64,000 bases of DNA, taken from the IMG/VR virus record IMGVR_UViG_2852079565_000004, positions 55,005 to 119,004 of that record; one strand, given 5' to 3'. Below the pieces are notes generated by a model. That model did not search any database and was not told the origin of the DNA. It saw only the letters and a program-made list of their open reading frames with translations. A program made the position numbers and the translations under genes. Shown one piece after another: positions 38,918 through 48,405 of this stretch. The first letter of the stretch is position 1; every line of letters begins with the position of its first letter. This DNA is from a virus (Duplodnaviria; Caudoviricetes).

Positions 38918-39259
38918 CTATTCTACCCCCAATTTAAGCTTGTGCCACCCCTTGGTTATCCAGCACTTAGAATCACCATCAAGGCAACATTCCATCACTG
39001 GTAACCGTTCACCACATTTACCACAACAACGATTGGATAATTCCGCAATCTCGCGCTTAAGTCTCGCATCATCATTTCGTATGAGCATTTGAATATATTC
39101 ACTTTCATCATATGGCTCACGTCCTGGTCTACGCAATGCACAATTACGCTTAATCATTTCATGTTCTTCAGATTCAACTTGCCACTGCGGGATAACAAAG
39201 CCAGCTTCACGCTGGCGTTTGCGTTGGGCAGCCTTGCGTTCTGCTGCTGACTTAGCCAT
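38918..39259 (-). CDS. Phage hypothetical Zn-binding protein
   Basis: MAKSAAERKAAQR, CGKCG..CC..C. Confidence 0.75.
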   Translation of the reverse strand: MAKSAAERKAAQRKRQREAGFVIPQWQVESEEHEMIKRNCALRRPGREPYDESEYIQMLIRNDDARLKREIAELSNRCCGKCGERLPVMECCLDGDSKCWITKGWHKLKLGVE

Positions 39260-39295
39260 TGGTCTTGCCTCTTCATATCATTTATATCAACTCGG

Positions 39296-39466
39296 TTAAT
39301 GCACTGAGCAATAACGCTCAATAGATAACTCATCTACTCTAGCGCCACCTAGATTTGCCCAAAATGCTATTGTTGAAAGTACATCTTTTTCGCTTGTTGC
39401 GACAAAAAGAGTTATGAAAGACGTTTGGTTCCATAAACCACTTGCTTTATAAACCGATTTTTTCAT
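39296..39466 (-). CDS. Small hypothetical protein (56 aa, not in track)
   Basis: MKKSVYKASGLWNQTSF...CSVH. Confidence 0.45.
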   Translation of the reverse strand: MKKSVYKASGLWNQTSFITLFVATSEKDVLSTIAFWANLGGARVDELSIERYCSVH

Positions 39467-39579
39467 TTTTACCCCAACTAACTACATTTAATAACCTTAT
39501 GACTAAACGGCCTTATATCCGCTGTAAAGCTTGTAGTTATATGATGGGAACGATTTTATTTTTTCCAAGTGTGTGCGTT

Positions 39580-39810
39580 TCATACCTTCATCACCTCTCG
39601 CCAATGATTTAACCTATCTCTAAAAAATTCCCGATGTACCTCTGGTGCTTTTTCTATTTCAACCAGTATTCGTTCCCTATGAATTTTTCGATTTTTCAGT
39701 TGCCGAATTAGCCGACTAGCGAATAAATCAAGTTGCTCCAGTTTGCGATATTCTTCTGGCCATAAAGCACGGTTATGAGGAAGTCCATCAGGTAAATATT
39801 TACCCGACAT
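39580..39810 (-). CDS. Phage hypothetical protein
   Basis: GAGG RBS; operon position. Confidence 0.65.
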   Translation of the reverse strand: MSGKYLPDGLPHNRALWPEEYRKLEQLDLFASRLIRQLKNRKIHRERILVEIEKAPEVHREFFRDRLNHWREVMKV

Positions 39811-39812
39811 AA

Positions 39813-39986
39813 TTACCTCTGCCTTTGAGGTTTCGGCTCTGGTTGATAAGGTGCTTTGGTTCTTGCCCTTGCTGCAGAATTAAAGCGTTCAATGTGGCAC
39901 GGAGAATGGTCTAAACCATCATCGGGCAATATGGGGTGATTGCTCCGGACGAGTGACTCGCCGGTGATTGAGTCTTTGATTGTCAT
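39813..39986 (-). CDS. Phage hypothetical protein
   Basis: Start after AGAGGCAGACCAA ATG. Confidence 0.6.
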   Translation of the reverse strand: MTIKDSITGESLVRSNHPILPDDGLDHSPCHIERFNSAARARTKAPYQPEPKPQRQR

Positions 39987-40040
39987 TTGGTCTGCCTCTG
40001 TATTAATGGTCACGGCTTGGTCGAGCCTTTTTATCGATTT

Positions 40041-40793
40041 TTATTTGTGGCTGTAATTACCCTTTTTACATAAAATTTTATCTCTTATTTCCTTTATCGC
40101 TTCCTCACCAATTAAACGATACTTACCGTCTTTATCGATGAGTTCAGATGTAGAAATCCCTCTTTTAGCTTGACCCATTAACGGCTTGATTGGTGGGATT
40201 GGTTTCCCCTCTTGTATCTGGTTGTAATAAGCGATCAGCTGCTTTTTGATGGATTCCCTAATCTCTTTATCGGACAAGTTATACTGCGTCATGCGTCGCC
40301 TTGCCTCTGGAACAATCCAATACATAACCGTTGATTTCCAAGGGAATGCTTCAACGGATGGATATCGCCACTCCATGTTGCTATAGCGCTTCATTTCAGC
40401 CATGACCTCACAAACTGAAGGTAGACCCATAGCTTGCATCATTCCCTCGCGACACCAACTGATAAACTTTCCGCAGGATGGGAAAAAATCAGACTCTTGC
40501 TGCCTAGCCACACTCATTCCCGCTTTCAATTGCTCAACAGATGTTATGCCATTTTCGATAAACGCCAGTACCCATTGCCGTTTAGTTGCTGAAATATCGT
40601 CTTGGTTTGAAAACACAGTATGCTTTGCCGCTGGGAAAATTTGCACTAAGTTATCAAACAGCATATCAACCAACTTTTCCGCATGTTCATTGATTCCAGC
40701 AGGTTTATTGATTGGCTGAATTAGGCTCGATAATTTTTTGCCATCTCTGTTTTCAATTGCTGAGAGAAGACTTTTCATAGTGTGTTCTCCCAT
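40041..40793 (-). CDS. Replication protein P-like (helicase loader)
   Basis: KRQWVLAFIENGIT..GM..AR..FFPSCGKFISWC. Confidence 0.85.
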   Translation of the reverse strand: MGEHTMKSLLSAIENRDGKKLSSLIQPINKPAGINEHAEKLVDMLFDNLVQIFPAAKHTVFSNQDDISATKRQWVLAFIENGITSVEQLKAGMSVARQQESDFFPSCGKFISWCREGMMQAMGLPSVCEVMAEMKRYSNMEWRYPSVEAFPWKSTVMYWIVPEARRRMTQYNLSDKEIRESIKKQLIAYYNQIQEGKPIPPIKPLMGQAKRGISTSELIDKDGKYRLIGEEAIKEIRDKILCKKGNYSHK

Positions 40794-41731
40794 GCTTCAG
40801 GGCTATTCCAATGGGCTTGTGCAGGTAAACAATCTTCACCCTGTGGAATTTCAGCAAATTTTAATACCAGTTTGTCCCACTGTTTTCGAAGTGTGCTTGG
40901 GCTAAGAATATTTTTGCACCAAAATGGGTCCTTATTTGCCCTATCAAATAACCGGCAAATCTGCCTGTGCGTTCTGCCGTCAATGGTGCGCATTAACCGT
41001 ACATCATTGGCCCATAACGCCCAGTTTGGTTCTTTTGGTGGATTGATATCGTCATCAGATGCAGATGCATTTTCGTAAAGTTCAGTCACCCGTTTGGATA
41101 TCCACTGCGCACAAAGCAAATCATCCGATGTTCCCCATTGTCGTTTCTTTGCACTGAACACAACGGCATCAGGGTGACGAGCCACAAACGAATTATCATT
41201 CGTGTTTTCGTCAGGTTGTGAAACGACCGGACAAGAAGGGTTTATATTCTCTGTAGTATTCTCTGTTGTAATCTCTGAAGGATCGAACTGCGGATTTGTT
41301 TCACCGCCACCGTCGAATTTGTCTTGTGGCGGCTGTTCATTTTGTTGTTTCGCCAAATCCCCATAGTGACTTTCCCCGATTGCGCTTTGCGCATTTGGGA
41401 GATTATCAATAGGTTGCGTCATAATTTGGTCAAGTTGGTCACAATCTATACGGTAATATATTTTGTGTTCTAAACGCCTATCCGTTTCAATTAAAACCCC
41501 GCGTTTAACAAGATGCTTTCTGGCGGTGAGTTGTTCGCGATAGCTTAACCCTGTTTCGGCCGTAATATCCTCAGATGACTTATAGACCCCTAATTCAGAA
41601 TCCGTTTTATCCTGCCAATAAAATATCTGGCTAAAAAATATTACTGCATTGACGCTACCAAAGCGTTTAACTAGACCAGGGTAGTAAGCCACTGGCCGCC
41701 CAAAATCGAGTAACAAATCTGATGGTCTCAT
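40775..41731 (-). CDS. Replication initiator O-like
   Basis: WANDVRLMR, FWCKNILSPSTLRKQWDKL. Confidence 0.85.
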   Translation of the reverse strand: MRPSDLLLDFGRPVAYYPGLVKRFGSVNAVIFFSQIFYWQDKTDSELGVYKSSEDITAETGLSYREQLTARKHLVKRGVLIETDRRLEHKIYYRIDCDQLDQIMTQPIDNLPNAQSAIGESHYGDLAKQQNEQPPQDKFDGGGETNPQFDPSEITTENTTENINPSCPVVSQPDENTNDNSFVARHPDAVVFSAKKRQWGTSDDLLCAQWISKRVTELYENASASDDDINPPKEPNWALWANDVRLMRTIDGRTHRQICRLFDRANKDPFWCKNILSPSTLRKQWDKLVLKFAEIPQGEDCLPAQAHWNSPEAWENTL

Positions 41732-41732
41732 T

Positions 41733-41957
41733 TCATACCCCCAGCGCTTTAGCGATAGCGCGGCAAGCGTTCTGGTATTGCTCAGGCGTCAGTTTCTTTA
41801 AAAGTAGCTTTTGTTTTTGTTGTTCGTACTGCATGCCAATATTGAGTGCTGCCGCCCTTCTTCCCTCGAAAATATCTTCGATCTGTTGTCTGTCTGCAGG
41901 CTTTCCATTCAATAAAAAACCATTACAGTAGGTAATTAATTCAGTCGTTCTTAGCAT
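41733..41957 (-). CDS. Phage hypothetical protein
   Basis: Start at AGAGGCAAGACCA ATG. Confidence 0.7.
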   Translation of the reverse strand: MLRTTELITYCNGFLLNGKPADRQQIEDIFEGRRAAALNIGMQYEQQKQKLLLKKLTPEQYQNACRAIAKALGV

Positions 41958-41974
41958 TGGTCTTGCCTCTTGAA

Positions 41975-42430
41975 TTAGTGCACGCTGGTCGGGCGTGATA
42001 TTGCATTTAGTGCAGTAATTGCACTATTGATATTTCGTGACATGTCACGTCCCTCAAGTAAAATTTCGGTCATAGCTTCTGCAAATCGCTGTATGGCTAC
42101 TGATGCTAAATAGTTTTTAGTATCTCCTCTTACTCGGGCTAACCTCGAAGCCGGCAACGCCATTTCAATCGCTGGCATCAGCTCTGCTAATTTCTTCATT
42201 GATGCGTTCGAATCGCCTCGTAACCACCGAAATATCTGTTGTCGGTTATTGTTAATCGCTTTCCAATCCGCTTGGCCTCGTTCATCTTCAATCACATGTA
42301 AGCGGCTCTGTGATTTGTCTCGTGTGATTTGTAAATACGCACGGCTTATCTCAATCGCCACGTGCTCTTGACCATGTTCTGTAGCCCAGCTCTCAATTTC
42401 GGAGCGGACAATATCGATATCAAAACTCAT
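41975..42430 (-). CDS. YdaT-family CII-like regulator
   Basis: WATEHGQEHVA, NNRQQIFRWL, LMPAIEMALP; position after cro. Confidence 0.82.
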   Translation of the reverse strand: MSFDIDIVRSEIESWATEHGQEHVAIEISRAYLQITRDKSQSRLHVIEDERGQADWKAINNNRQQIFRWLRGDSNASMKKLAELMPAIEMALPASRLARVRGDTKNYLASVAIQRFAEAMTEILLEGRDMSRNINSAITALNAISRPTSVH

Positions 42431-42452
42431 CTCTGCGTCTCCTGTCGCAAAA

Positions 42453-42470
42453 TTGATTATGAATAATCAG
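42453..42470. promoter_or_regulatory. Putative YdaT/CII operator
   Basis: TTGATT-N6-AATCAG between cro and ydaT (YdaT consensus TTGATT-N6-AATCAA). Confidence 0.7.
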
Positions 42471-42501
42471 TTTTTTAAATTTCTTGTTGATATATTCGCT
42501 T

Positions 42502-42711
42502 TCATACAACTCTCTCATTGCCATTGATGAGCCACGTTGGGTCACAATTTAAAACCTTCGCAATTTCAACAATAAACCGGGGTCTTTTAATAAGACCTGA
42601 TTCGATTTGCTGAATTGATTGCTGTTTTAGCCCAACTCTGTCTGCAAGTTCTGACTGAGTTAAATGGAGCTCTATACGACGAGTCTTAACTCGTTCAGAT
42701 AACGTTTCCAT
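42502..42711 (-). CDS. cro: Cro (434-like)
   Basis: [28 protein letters not shown] closely matches 434 Cro. Confidence 0.92.
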   Translation of the reverse strand: METLSERVKTRRIELHLTQSELADRVGLKQQSIQQIESGLIKRPRFIVEIAKVLNCDPTWLINGNERVV

Positions 42712-42725
42712 CCTCACCTCCTTTT

Positions 42726-42784
42726 ACAATATTTCTTGTATTTAAAAACAAATTAGTTTGTTTGTCAATTACAGGTTTTCTTGT
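42726..42784. promoter_or_regulatory. OR1-OR3 operators (434 type)
   Basis: ACAA-N6-TTGT at 42726 and 42748; ACAG-N6-TTGT at 42771. Confidence 0.88.
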
Positions 42785-42815
42785 AATTATCCTCTAGAGC
42801 TATAAAGGGGTTTAT

Positions 42816-43508
42816 ATGTCAATTTCTGAACGCGTAAAAAATAAAAGAATCCTTCTCGGCCTCACTCAAACAGAGTTAGCCGAAACCGTTGGCACTACAC
42901 AGCAGTCAATAGAGCAATTAGAAAGCGGAAAAACAAAACGTCCTCGCTTTCTACCTGAACTTGCAGCTGCCTTAAAGTGTTCTGTTAGCTGGTTGGTTAC
43001 AGGAGAAGAAGACAAAAACGATACCCTACCTCCTGAAAATGAATGGGGAGGGATAAAGTCTTGGGATAATAAAACGCCTTTGGATTACGATGAAGTGGAA
43101 GTGCCATTCTATAAAGATATTGAATTTGCTTGTGGTACAGGCGGTAGTATTGATGTGGATTACAACGGTTTTAAATTAAGGTTTGCCAAATCAACACTGC
43201 GCAAGATTGGTGCCCCTACTGATGGTTCAACAATTATTTGTTTTCCAGCAAGTGGCGATAGTATGGAGCCTGTAATACCAGATGGTTCTGCTATTGCCAT
43301 TGATGTATCTAATAAAAAAATTATTGATGGAAAAGTTTATGCTATCGATCAAGATGGCTTGAAACGTTTAAAAATGCTTTATCGAAAACCAGGTGGAAAA
43401 CTTATTATTCGCAGTTATAACCGTGAAGAATACGACGATGAAGAGGCTGATGAAAACAGCGTCATGATTATTGGCAGAATGTTTTGGTATTCTGTTCTTG
43501 ATTACTAA
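42816..43508 (+). CDS. cI: CI repressor (434-like HTH + S24 peptidase)
   Basis: [25 protein letters not shown]; ACG cleavage site; GDSMEP. Confidence 0.95.
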   Translation: MSISERVKNKRILLGLTQTELAETVGTTQQSIEQLESGKTKRPRFLPELAAALKCSVSWLVTGEEDKNDTLPPENEWGGIKSWDNKTPLDYDEVEVPFYKDIEFACGTGGSIDVDYNGFKLRFAKSTLRKIGAPTDGSTIICFPASGDSMEPVIPDGSAIAIDVSNKKIIDGKVYAIDQDGLKRLKMLYRKPGGKLIIRSYNREEYDDEEADENSVMIIGRMFWYSVLDY

Positions 43509-43517
43509 GGTAACCCT

Positions 43518-44675
43518 ATGGAAAATTTCAAGTTAAAGCTTAAAAATCATGTGGATCATGTAAAACAAGTTGGGCAACATTGCTCAACAGAGGAAACAAC
43601 TAAACAGGCACTAATATTGCCTTTCCTTGATATCCTCGGCTTTAGCCCTTATGACCCTCAAAAAGTCAAAGCAGAATACGGCGCTGATTTCCCCGGAGTA
43701 AAAGCAAATGAGCGTGTTGACTATGCACTATTCTGTCAAGATGTCCCCGTTATGTTTATCGAAGCCAAATGCTATTTTGAAAAATTAGATAACCATTGTC
43801 CTCAGCTTTCTCGGTATTTTAACTCCACTCCTGAAGTTACAATCTCAGCAATAACCAATGGGCTAGAGTGGCGTTTTTTCACTGATTTAAAACAAAAAAA
43901 CGTTATGGACCCTACTCCATTCTTACGCATTAGAATGGATGAAATTAGTGATTCAGACGCAAGCCAATTATTCCGTTTTAGACATGATAAATTCAAACCA
44001 GAAGCATTAAGAACACTGGCTGAAGAGAGCGTATATTTATCTGCTTTCACTAAAACCATTAGCTCAAGCCTCAGAGATGTTGATAGTGAATTCGTTCGCT
44101 ATGTCGCGAGCCGTTCTAATGTTGAAAGACAATTAAATCAGCGTTTTATTGACTCTATTACACCGCTAGTAAAACAAGCCGTTGAGCGTTCTGTTAGTGC
44201 AATGGTGGTTTCAGGCTTATCTGGTAAGTTTACTTACGGTGAAGAGCCTGTTGAAGCAGCAGTAGAGGAAACTCAAGAGTCTAATGAATTAAAAGATATT
44301 ATCGATCCCGATAACCCAAACATTATTACCACAACGACCGAATTAACTTTATTTGAAAAAATAAAGCAGATCACTGGATGTGATGAAATTGAATATAAAG
44401 ATACTGAGTCTTACTTTGGTGTCCTATATCAAGGCAAGGTTAATCGTTGGATAGTTAGATTCTACGATAAGAAAAATAGCGCTTATATCATGGTTCCTAT
44501 AGAGATTACTGATCTGCTAGGTAATGAAATAAAGCGTGCAGGTTTAGAATTAACGAATAATCGAATCACCATTCAATCCCCTGAAGATATATTAAGAATA
44601 ACAGGCATCATTCTTGACTCGTTTGAATACGTAAAAAATGATGAAAACTTCAGAAAAAAATCAGCTAATGAATAA
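43518..44675 (+). CDS. HsdR N-terminal-like PD-(D/E)xK nuclease domain protein
   Basis: EETTKQALILPFL..LG, RVDYAL, FIEAK, ITNGLEWRFF; 9 nt after cI stop. Confidence 0.8.
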   Translation: MENFKLKLKNHVDHVKQVGQHCSTEETTKQALILPFLDILGFSPYDPQKVKAEYGADFPGVKANERVDYALFCQDVPVMFIEAKCYFEKLDNHCPQLSRYFNSTPEVTISAITNGLEWRFFTDLKQKNVMDPTPFLRIRMDEISDSDASQLFRFRHDKFKPEALRTLAEESVYLSAFTKTISSSLRDVDSEFVRYVASRSNVERQLNQRFIDSITPLVKQAVERSVSAMVVSGLSGKFTYGEEPVEAAVEETQESNELKDIIDPDNPNIITTTTELTLFEKIKQITGCDEIEYKDTESYFGVLYQGKVNRWIVRFYDKKNSAYIMVPIEITDLLGNEIKRAGLELTNNRITIQSPEDILRITGIILDSFEYVKNDENFRKKSANE

Positions 44676-44677
44676 GT

Positions 44678-45538
44678 TGTATTAGCTCAGATTTGATCTT
44701 ACATAGCTATGGCACAGAGCTAAATCTAACCTGACAGGGCGCTCTGTGCCAGAAGCAGATGTTAACAAACATTATGAGTCAATTGATTAAGAGATGAAGT
44801 ATCATGGCTTTTTTGACAGGAATTAGTGATTTTTTAAATAGCATTCCTCAATGGTTATCATCATTTATTACCGCTTTGATCGGCGCATTTGTTGGTGGCT
44901 GGTTTACTCTTAAAGGAGTTGACCGCGAGGCTAAGATTACTCGCGCAGAGAACGAAAAAAATTCCCTTGAGTTGCAGTTGTCTGTATTAAAAGGAATTAA
45001 GGGCGAGATATTCACTTTAATGAGCCTATATAATAAAAGAATGAAAAATTCTATTGATAGTATTGGGTCAGGAAAAGCACTTCTTTTTAATTTCCCAGTT
45101 GGAGATGATAACTTTACATTCTATGAGCAAAACGCAAAAATTATTGCAAAATTAGATGACGATGCAAGAGATTCAATAATTAATATTTACACATATGCTC
45201 GTTCGCTAATACAGTCTTTCAAAGGAAACAATCAGCTTCTTGTAGAGTATGAAAAGATCCTTTTTGACATGGCTGATAATAATAAAAATAGAGATATGTA
45301 TGAAAGATTGCACGCTGAAAAAATCGAAATAATGGTGGATTATGCGCAAGGAATAAAAAATATTGATGCAGAACTTAGATATGCTATCAACGAGGGATTT
45401 AGGGTTATTGACCAAGAAATAACGGCACTACAAGTAAAAATAACAAATTTAAAGTCATAAAGGTTACTTCCGCTCTTCGCTCAGACTAGGCTGTCAAGCA
45501 TAGTTCAAAATCTGTCAGTTCAAGTCTGAACTAGTACA
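44678..45538. mobile_element. Non-autonomous mini-transposon-like cassette with one cargo gene
   Basis: Terminal inverted repeats TGTATTAGCTCAGATTTGATCT / revcomp TGTACTAGTTCAGACTTGAACT (18/22); internal CTGACAG-like repeats. Confidence 0.6.
44804..45460 (+). CDS. N-terminal TM + helical hypothetical protein
   Basis: SSFITALIGAFVGGWFT TM; low GC. Confidence 0.75.
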   Translation: MAFLTGISDFLNSIPQWLSSFITALIGAFVGGWFTLKGVDREAKITRAENEKNSLELQLSVLKGIKGEIFTLMSLYNKRMKNSIDSIGSGKALLFNFPVGDDNFTFYEQNAKIIAKLDDDARDSIINIYTYARSLIQSFKGNNQLLVEYEKILFDMADNNKNRDMYERLHAEKIEIMVDYAQGIKNIDAELRYAINEGFRVIDQEITALQVKITNLKS

Positions 45539-45775
45539 AATAAATTTTAATTTATCTATATCCCCCTTGTTCAATAAAGCACAAGGGTTTTTTGTATGTT
45601 CTCTATACTTTCTCCCTCATGTTTTGTTCTCAGTTTAAAGCTCCCTATAACCCATTTGTAGTATTTCCTGCTATTTAAACGTGACCGCCTCCCTGTTTTC
45701 ACAAAATTAAACAAAATAAATCATCCTGTTAAAACAATTAATTACAATTAAAACCACGATGAAATACAATTTAAT

Positions 45776-45818
45776 ACAAATTTAATTGTTTACAGATATA
45801 CAAGATATTTTGTATATT
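45776..45818 (+). promoter_or_regulatory. pL promoter with OL operators
   Basis: ACAA-N6-TTGT at 45776 and 45800 overlapping TTTACA..TATATT. Confidence 0.8.
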
Positions 45819-45956
45819 ACAAACATCGAAACAAATACAGCAAGTGTTTAGATAAGTGTTCAGACTTAAAAATTAGCCCACACCAGGGAAACAGTTAGAC
45901 CAAAACCAGAGGCAAGACCAGACAGCTCGGAAAGACGGGCATTGATTTATAGACGT

Positions 45957-46072
45957 AAAAAAACCCACCGAAGTGGGTTCCTTTACCTCGGGTCGCCGAC
46001 CAAAGCTAACCGAGAGTTCTACTAGCGCGACCAAACGCTAGAAGAGGCAAGACCAATGATAAATCACTGATC
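45957..46072 (-). ncRNA. Predicted antisense sRNA in the pL leader
   Basis: TTGTGC-N17-TAAAAT (46107-46079); two UUUGGUCG-loop hairpins; terminator ACCCAC-UUCG-GUGGG followed by 7 U. Confidence 0.65.
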
Positions 46073-46095
46073 ACAGTTATTTTAAAGGAGCTGCT

Positions 46096-46428
46096 ATGAA
46101 AGCACAACCTAAAACCCTAAGTGTCACCTTATACATTCATGCACAGAAGCAACCTGATGGTTCATATCAATTCAACGCCTATGCATTTAAGTCTGATGTG
46201 AAATCAGGTTTAGGCTTTGTTATTGCTGAACACGTTACTGAAATTCCTTTTACAGAACCAACCAATGCAGAACTTGTTCAGTTAGAAATCAATGCACTCA
46301 AAGCTGAGCAAAGCAAAAATCTTGCTGATGCTCAGGTGAAATCAAGCTTACTGGAAGACCAGATCCAGATGTTGCTCTGTTTGGAAGGCAAACCCATTTC
46401 TAAAACTGACGAACAAATCCCTTATTAA
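46096..46428 (+). CDS. Phage early hypothetical protein
   Basis: AAGGAG RBS; first gene of pL operon. Confidence 0.75.
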   Translation: MKAQPKTLSVTLYIHAQKQPDGSYQFNAYAFKSDVKSGLGFVIAEHVTEIPFTEPTNAELVQLEINALKAEQSKNLADAQVKSSLLEDQIQMLLCLEGKPISKTDEQIPY

Positions 46429-46440
46429 GAGGCAAGACCA

Positions 46441-48405
46441 ATGACAACTTTTATCTGTGTATTTGAGCCTACGACCGAGGCTCGAACCAATGGCGCTATA
46501 CCTTTAACCATCGCTTTCAATGCAGCGAATGCCAAAATTGCGGCAGCAACAGCAATGATTAAGCTATCTGAAGCTTACCCTGATTCTCTGGATAATTTTA
46601 ATATCGATGAGCCGATTATTTGTGAGGATGCTGTCGGTTCCCCTCGCCCTGCGCTCGATCAGTTCGATGAAAAATTTGCACTTGAAAATGAGTTCGACGG
46701 AGAAAAATGGCACCCCATTAAATATAAAGAATTTAAAAAGCTTGCAACTAAACCCCGCGTAGCTGCTTTACTGATGTTTGGTAAAACTCAAATTACTGAT
46801 AAAGAATACACTTCAACATTGAAATATCTCAATGAAAGTAAAGAAGCGCCAAAAATCCGCCATATCGCCACTGGCCTTGCTGAAATCACCAAAGTTTCAT
46901 TAATGGATGCCGAAGCCACGATGGAAATCGCGCAGGCGGTTTATGAGTATGCTGACGATAATGTCACTATCGAAGAGGCTAAGGCGCTTGGTGAAAGTTG
47001 GTTAACCGAGGAACCTGAACTTCCTCCCGCTGAGGACGAGCCTGTCCTTAAACGTGATTATGCCGCACTTGATCTCGAAATTGCCCTCGCGCTCTTGGAC
47101 ATTAAACCAAGCGATGCAAAAAGTGCAGATATTCGCAAAGCAAAAGAACTCATCAGCGCTGAAGATAAGGCATGGAAACGTTTATCTATGGATTTACGCA
47201 CATTCCCTAGCGTTCTAGATATCCCTCGCGAAAGCATCTTTGCACTAGTGGCTGAGGCACGCGAAAAGCCCGAACTATTTGATGATGCGAATGCCCGTAA
47301 AGCGTTTATCGATTCAAAACTTAGTACCAACAGCCCAAAAGTAACATCTCTCGGTAGTGGCCGTTTCGCTGTTGATAATTTAGATGCTAAGCCGGCTAAT
47401 GATGAAACACCTGAGCAACCGGCTAAAACAGAGAAACCAAAGCGCGCCAGCAAGAAAAAAGACACACCGGCTAGAGTAGAAAAAGAACCAGTTGTGATTG
47501 AGACACCTGTTGTTTCTACGCCAATTGCCACTGAACAAGATGACTTTCAACAACGTGCAGCGATACTTGATGAGGTGCTTAATAGCGGTAATACAAACCA
47601 CCTTAATATTTGGAAGCAAGTACAACGTACTGATTCACGCTTTACCAAACCACTTGATGGCATGGGCTTTGTTGGTACCAGTATCAACAGCACCTATATG
47701 TTTATGCGTGCGACTGAAATATTTGGCCCAATAGGTGAAGGCTGGGGTTATGAAATCATTGAAGAAAAAATGATTGATGGAAAGCCCCTTGTCGAGCCCG
47801 TACTCGATGCTCACCATAAACAAGTCGCAATGAGGTTCCTGCGTGATGGGGATGGAACATTACTCTTTGAACAAAATCACTCAATCAAGATCCGCTTTTG
47901 GTACATCATCGAAGGCGAAACTCGTGGTGAGTTTGAGAGCTACGGTGCCACACCTTATCGCTATCAGACTAAGCAAGGAATAAGGACGGACAGTGAAGTG
48001 ATAAAAAAATCACTCACCGACTCAATCAAAAAAGCACTTTCCATGCTGGGCTTTAGTTCTGACGTATTTATGGGAATGCATGATAACCCTGAATATGTGG
48101 CGAGTAATAAGCTCGAGTATGAAATCAAAGCCGCCAGCGATAACGCTGAAGATGCGACCCGCATTCGCAAAGAGTTAGACGAGAAGTTCACGCGACACAC
48201 TGAAACGATGCGCAGTGCAGTGACGCCAAACGAATTACGGGGTATCACATCCACCCTTACCCGTGAAATTTCAACGCATGCCAAGTTGGCCAAACAACGT
48301 GGCGACAGTGAATATGAAAAATATTTAAACGGCCGTTTACGTCGATTAAATGAAATTGAAAAAGAGTGTTTAGACCAACTGAAACAAAAAGAAGAGGCAA
48401 TCTAA
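46441..48405 (+). CDS. Recombination protein: RecE-like N-terminal region + Rad52/Sak-like annealase C-terminal domain
   Basis: YAALDLEIALAL; C-terminal TEIFGPIGEGWGY..KKSLTDSIKKALSMLG..DVF.G. Confidence 0.72.
   Translation: MTTFICVFEPTTEARTNGAIPLTIAFNAANAKIAAATAMIKLSEAYPDSLDNFNIDEPIICEDAVGSPRPALDQFDEKFALENEFDGEKWHPIKYKEFKKLATKPRVAALLMFGKTQITDKEYTSTLKYLNESKEAPKIRHIATGLAEITKVSLMDAEATMEIAQAVYEYADDNVTIEEAKALGESWLTEEPELPPAEDEPVLKRDYAALDLEIALALLDIKPSDAKSADIRKAKELISAEDKAWKRLSMDLRTFPSVLDIPRESIFALVAEAREKPELFDDANARKAFIDSKLSTNSPKVTSLGSGRFAVDNLDAKPANDETPEQPAKTEKPKRASKKKDTPARVEKEPVVIETPVVSTPIATEQDDFQQRAAILDEVLNSGNTNHLNIWKQVQRTDSRFTKPLDGMGFVGTSINSTYMFMRATEIFGPIGEGWGYEIIEEKMIDGKPLVEPVLDAHHKQVAMRFLRDGDGTLLFEQNHSIKIRFWYIIEGETRGEFESYGATPYRYQTKQGIRTDSEVIKKSLTDSIKKALSMLGFSSDVFMGMHDNPEYVASNKLEYEIKAASDNAEDATRIRKELDEKFTRHTETMRSAVTPNELRGITSTLTREISTHAKLAKQRGDSEYEKYLNGRLRRLNEIEKECLDQLKQKEEAI

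Noticed and set aside
43518-44675. Complete type I restriction-modification system
   Set aside because: No hsdM/hsdS and no helicase motifs
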